A stretch of DNA of 64,000 nucleotides from Adineta vaga (lineage: Eukaryota > Animalia > Rotifera), in contig CP075494.1 in NCBI GenBank assembly GCA_021613535.1, forward strand, positions 1,116,001-1,180,000, written 5' to 3'. A model generated the notes under the pieces. That model was not told where the DNA came from. It worked only from the letters and a program-made list of their open reading frames with translations, and did not search any database. Each line of letters starts with the position of its first letter. Position 1 is the stretch's first letter. The position numbers and the translations under genes were made by a program. Below are positions 60,901 through 64,000 of the stretch, piece after piece.

Positions 60901-62558
60901 TCAATTATAAATTACCAATTAATGTTATTTTAGATGTTGGAGCATTGTTTATTGATGGAAGTAATGAAGTTATTGCTATGAAATGGTTAAATTTATCCGA
61001 TAAAAATCATATTGATTATGTTGTTTATTTTAAATCTGATGTCATTTTTGTTTCTGATCGTTCAAATCATCAACATCGATTTGAAATATCACCTGCAAGT
61101 GAACGACTTGATCGTTGTATTTTCTATTTAGATGATGTTCATACACGTGGAACTGATTTTAAATTCCCAAAAGGTTTTCGTGCTGCCGTTACATTAGGAA
61201 ATGGTTTAACAAAAGATCGTTTTGTTCAAGCATGTATGAGAATGAGAAAATTAGGTCATGGTCATTCATTAACATTTTGGAGTTCATATGAAGTTGATCA
61301 ACAAATTCAAATCTTGAAGAAACATTCATCTGTTAATAATACTGTCGATTTAATTGATATTCTTTGTTGGGTTTATGAAAATACTCAACTATCAACATGG
61401 GATGGTTTACATCATTGGGCTTCACAAAGTTTAAGTTTTCAAAAGAAATTTTTAGCATTTAAATCGATTGATTGGAAAGATAATGAACAAGTATTTACAA
61501 ATAAAATTATGAAAGACTTAGCTGAAAATTGTTTAGAACCTGAAATAATTGAATTGAAACGTATGTATGGTTGTCCTAAGGAGTTAATGACCGTATTCGA
61601 AATGTATCATATGCGTTATACATTACTAAGTGATGCTTTAACAAGAGAAATTCAACATGCAGTACTAAAACAATTGAAAACTTATGGTGGAAAAAAACGA
61701 CGTTTAGCACAATTATTAGATGAAGAACAACAAAGAGAATTAGAAGAAGAACGACAATTACAACGTCCTCCTTCTGTTCAACCATGTCAACCTATATTAC
61801 ATGAAGAAATTAAAAAATTATCTCAACTTAACGAAATTATAGATATTGAAAGTTCACCTTTAGTATTTCGACATGTCGATTATGCTTTTACTAGTACAAC
61901 ACTTTTCAAAAATTGTCAACCTAATAGTTGGTCATCAAATCTTTGGATTTCAACTGAATTTCAACGTGTTATTGAGACGAAAGGAGAATCATTAAATCCA
62001 TTTCTACGTCCTCCACGATGGATTATTGTTTATCAAAATCAAAATCTTATTCTTTTAAGTCCATTTGAAGCTAATTGGTTAATGGGTCAATTGAAATTCA
62101 ATGAATCATCAATTACGACATTAAGATTATTATTACCTCGTACAAAACGAATTCAATCAATTTTTGTCAACACTCCAACTTTAACTATTCCTCCATTAAT
62201 TGGATTTCCTAATAATAATTTCTTGATATCAAATGATTGGTTAATTCAATTATTTATTTTTAATGGTACTCTTTATTTTGAAAATATTGATGAACAAAAT
62301 GCTTTTTGTCAATGTTTAAGTTTATGTCCTAAACCTCGAACACAAGAAGAAGAAGAAGCTTTTGAAAAGGGTTGGATCAGTAGTGATAGTTTTGTTAGAA
62401 ATCGAGAACATCGCTTTTCATTACGACTTGATCAAGCTCGATTTCATTCAAATCCATTGGATTTTATCAAAGAAATTATTGAGAATCGAAATAATTCACA
62501 TGCAACTATTACATCGCATGTTGGCAGCATCATTCTTAAATCATTAAAACTCATTTAA
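57930..62558 (+). CDS. DUF3638/DUF3645 large P-loop (helicase-like) protein, probably 5'-truncated
   Basis: QMNMGEGKTSVILP, LDESDE, LAVPYRAKD..EFGHPDV, GFSGT, HTRGTDFK and QACMRMR. Coding-like in-frame sequence with a TAA continues upstream to about 57800. Confidence 0.8.
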   Translation: MENDIINNAPSIFPHKSTFEQCSHITDYPRTSLVRGLYNSGDVDLVDQVITKWLPLSRWLSEGCCLRDIWIGLLGLADRLKAQATGTHTDDIQRFECLIDFLHYISKQCKIKPFHLQLLKTQLKAPNISLRSISIPQFINYENIEQISVNIDSMDFINRKKKKDWNIIKQEVENCFTENRSFQNSNKLVTSTEAAGINNLLISWQNNKKLRSFLKTLKNLFYSIQIEQFDIKVSYISQQFQCESFQDHYQIRLNPSNKSIDPDFLSKAESKFHQCYQGHFIKSLHTSRSIIRQQVDEFPEDIFSSINDQNNALSEIGHYFKNQLAKSWQKFRLDKPIEQKDPTIEELIELLKSFNKESIESWKLLEESLTTSNKQLFQSGLISRITPTILIPLLQQNIDILILNNEQRTLLGGILVNWTLQQQLERTLHFANHNKWDEFKKEISTIPHSNWKPSDYISWLILELEMNITIREIQIDVAQHMMQINNSNSKSFVMQMNMGEGKTSVILPMLTLNLSSSNSSLVRIIVLKSLFPTNYQSLRYKLGGLLNRRVFPFSCRRDMNFNNEQTQLIFHRFQQGLHNCDVILTSPEDILSFDLLTLDKCRREEYDISRSILIMQRWLKQYIRDVLDESDEILHVKYQLIYTIGGQQQVDGGAERWKTIQSILLLVKNHAEDIARNFNEDVCYKSSERKSSFPQFRLQSQKPFLFLCKKLVNDWLNNRSYRESEKENIREFILQSDLCVDEYLKDYSSLDIQLFLIIRGLLSSEVLFVALKKRYRVNYGINPNPNFHPLLAVPYRAKDVAADRTEFGHPDVALVLTHLTYYYSGLNHLQLTQCFDRLNDHENDPASIYDQWITFDDTDNIPISIQQWKGVNLKDYQQRTQFLFPILQYNILVINYFLNYFVFPREAKQFPYKFVSSAWDLSSSLRSNIITGFSGTNDTQLLLPIHIHQNDLPELEKTDAIVVNNLLKVENENYQSLTINASTDEILNQIINYKLPINVILDVGALFIDGSNEVIAMKWLNLSDKNHIDYVVYFKSDVIFVSDRSNHQHRFEISPASERLDRCIFYLDDVHTRGTDFKFPKGFRAAVTLGNGLTKDRFVQACMRMRKLGHGHSLTFWSSYEVDQQIQILKKHSSVNNTVDLIDILCWVYENTQLSTWDGLHHWASQSLSFQKKFLAFKSIDWKDNEQVFTNKIMKDLAENCLEPEIIELKRMYGCPKELMTVFEMYHMRYTLLSDALTREIQHAVLKQLKTYGGKKRRLAQLLDEEQQRELEEERQLQRPPSVQPCQPILHEEIKKLSQLNEIIDIESSPLVFRHVDYAFTSTTLFKNCQPNSWSSNLWISTEFQRVIETKGESLNPFLRPPRWIIVYQNQNLILLSPFEANWLMGQLKFNESSITTLRLLLPRTKRIQSIFVNTPTLTIPPLIGFPNNNFLISNDWLIQLFIFNGTLYFENIDEQNAFCQCLSLCPKPRTQEEEEAFEKGWISSDSFVRNREHRFSLRLDQARFHSNPLDFIKEIIENRNNSHATITSHVGSIILKSLKLI

Positions 62559-62632
62559 CAACTGAAAATTTTTAGATTTAATCTTATTTTAGTGACAAAT
62601 ATCAGTTTAATATAGTATTTCAAATAAAAATA

Positions 62633-62650
62633 ACCCACACACCCTCAAGA
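62633..62650. repeat. Telomere-repeat half-site
   Basis: ACCCACACACCCTCAAGA between two convergent genes. Confidence 0.75.
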
Positions 62651-62716
62651 ATTGATTATATTTTTCATGATAAACTAATAAACATTTTCAAAAGTTCAAA
62701 AATAAAATCCATGTGA

Positions 62717-64000
62717 TCATCGTGTAAACGAATCGCGATTTTCAATCATGTATGTGGCAATTTCACGAAATGTTTCTAAAGCTTCTTTATGGGCAGGAGT
62801 TTTATCTCGCAAAGCAATTTCAAAAGCAAATTTCAAATTTTCGAAGACATTTTCGTCATCAAAAAGACCATAGAATACTTTAGCCATACTAGCATAAGTA
62901 TATGCTTTGTAAAGATGATCAGATAATAAATTCTCTTCTTGAATTTTAAGAGCTTTCTCAAGAAAATCAAGTGCAATCTGATATTCTCTTTTCATACAAT
63001 ACGCATCACCAATTTGATAATAAACATTAGCAAGATCAGGATTATTGGGTGCACCATTTTCTTCAAGTATACGACGTGCTTTTTCATAGAATAATAATGC
63101 TGTCGAAAAATCACGATCCTTGGATACGTAAGTTTTACCCATATTGATATAAATGCCAGCAACACTTGGATGATTAGGATCAGTGGAGTTTTCAACGATA
63201 CGAATCGATTTTTCAAACTCTGAAAGTGCCATTTGATAATCCTTTGTCTTACGATAGATACTACCGATATTATTGTGAGTAATAGCTAACGATGGGTGTT
63301 CGGCTGGTAACGATCGTTGTTCGATAGCAAGTGTTCTATTATAGAATACAAATGCATGTAAATTATCACCTTTCTCTTCATAGACTGAGCCAATATTATT
63401 ATAAATCACAGCAAATAATGGATCATTGGAAAGAAGATTTGTTCTATCAATAGACAATGTTTTACGAAAAAATCCAAGTGCAGTAGAACAATCTCCCATG
63501 GATCGAAAAACTTGACCAATATTACTATAAAGAGTAGCAAATTGCCATGGCTCAATATTATTAAATGATTGTTCAAAAAAATTCAATGTTTGTTGATAAT
63601 ATTTCAATGCTTTCGTGTTATTTCCTTGTTCTCGATGTATTTCTCCAATATCATTGTAAGTAATGCCTAAAGATTGATAATCAATTGGAGAAATACGATG
63701 TAAATATTTCAAAGCTGCATTATAGAATAATAATGCTACATCATATTCTCCTCTTTCTCTATGCATAACTCCAAGTTGATGATCAATAGCAGCACGAAAT
63801 ATCCAATCATTTTCCGATATTGTATTTAAAAGTTCTAAAAGTACATCGGTAGCATCATTGAATTTACCCATTTTGCCCAATAAATGACTCAATCGATATC
63901 GTGGTGAGTTTCCACGAATTTCTCTACGTATTTTTTCGTTAAGACAAAGCAATTCTTTATCTTGATCATTAGTTAATTTAAGTTGAACGTACCAAAGTCC
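62717..64000 (-). CDS. ART + TPR-repeat protein, 3' part (continues beyond the window)
   Basis: LWYVQLKLTNDQDKEL (ART C-terminal end) followed by about 8 42-aa kinesin-light-chain-type TPRs (HPSLAITHNNIG). Confidence 0.85.
   Translation of the reverse strand, partial: GLWYVQLKLTNDQDKELLCLNEKIRREIRGNSPRYRLSHLLGKMGKFNDATDVLLELLNTISENDWIFRAAIDHQLGVMHRERGEYDVALLFYNAALKYLHRISPIDYQSLGITYNDIGEIHREQGNNTKALKYYQQTLNFFEQSFNNIEPWQFATLYSNIGQVFRSMGDCSTALGFFRKTLSIDRTNLLSNDPLFAVIYNNIGSVYEEKGDNLHAFVFYNRTLAIEQRSLPAEHPSLAITHNNIGSIYRKTKDYQMALSEFEKSIRIVENSTDPNHPSVAGIYINMGKTYVSKDRDFSTALLFYEKARRILEENGAPNNPDLANVYYQIGDAYCMKREYQIALDFLEKALKIQEENLLSDHLYKAYTYASMAKVFYGLFDDENVFENLKFAFEIALRDKTPAHKEALETFREIATYMIENRDSFTR

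Noticed and set aside
1115-62650. Palindromes with unique spacers read as a CRISPR array
   Set aside because: Copies are kilobases apart, the arms are inverted rather than direct repeats, there are no cas genes, and the context is eukaryotic.
1-64000. Bacterial origin or contamination of the contig; rRNA/tRNA genes
   Set aside because: Spliceosomal introns occur even in the bacterial-like genes, which are interleaved with GPCRs and eukaryotic TEs. No rRNA or tRNA structure was recognised.

Overview
AT-rich eukaryotic DNA with short (about 55-65 nt) GT-AG introns. The gene content (intronless class-A GPCRs, ADP-ribosyltransferase+TPR genes, F-box/LRR, NHL, TIR_2, DUF3638, and many bacterial/fungal/plant-like genes) and the TGTGGG/TGAGGG telomere-type hexamers point to a bdelloid rotifer, probably a subtelomeric or accessory region rich in foreign genes; this is an inference, as no search was run. 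The window is a mosaic of intact genes, gene fragments and nested DNA transposons (piggyBac x2, an apparently intact IS630/Tc1-type DD117E element, a Tc1 DD37E element, pogo, Sola2-like, a hAT MITE and a solo LTR). The most striking unexplained structure is a dispersed family of about 20 short palindromes, (A)TCTTGAGGGTGTGGGTG-[unique 15-35 nt spacer]-CACCCACACCCTCAAGA, built from head-to-head telomere repeats. They sit almost only between genes and often at the truncation points of broken genes, like cassette or junction sites. Other highlights are a HIT-nicotinamide riboside kinase fusion, a CslA-like GT2, a Cys-laddered GIN repeat protein and a CBM52-like secreted protein.
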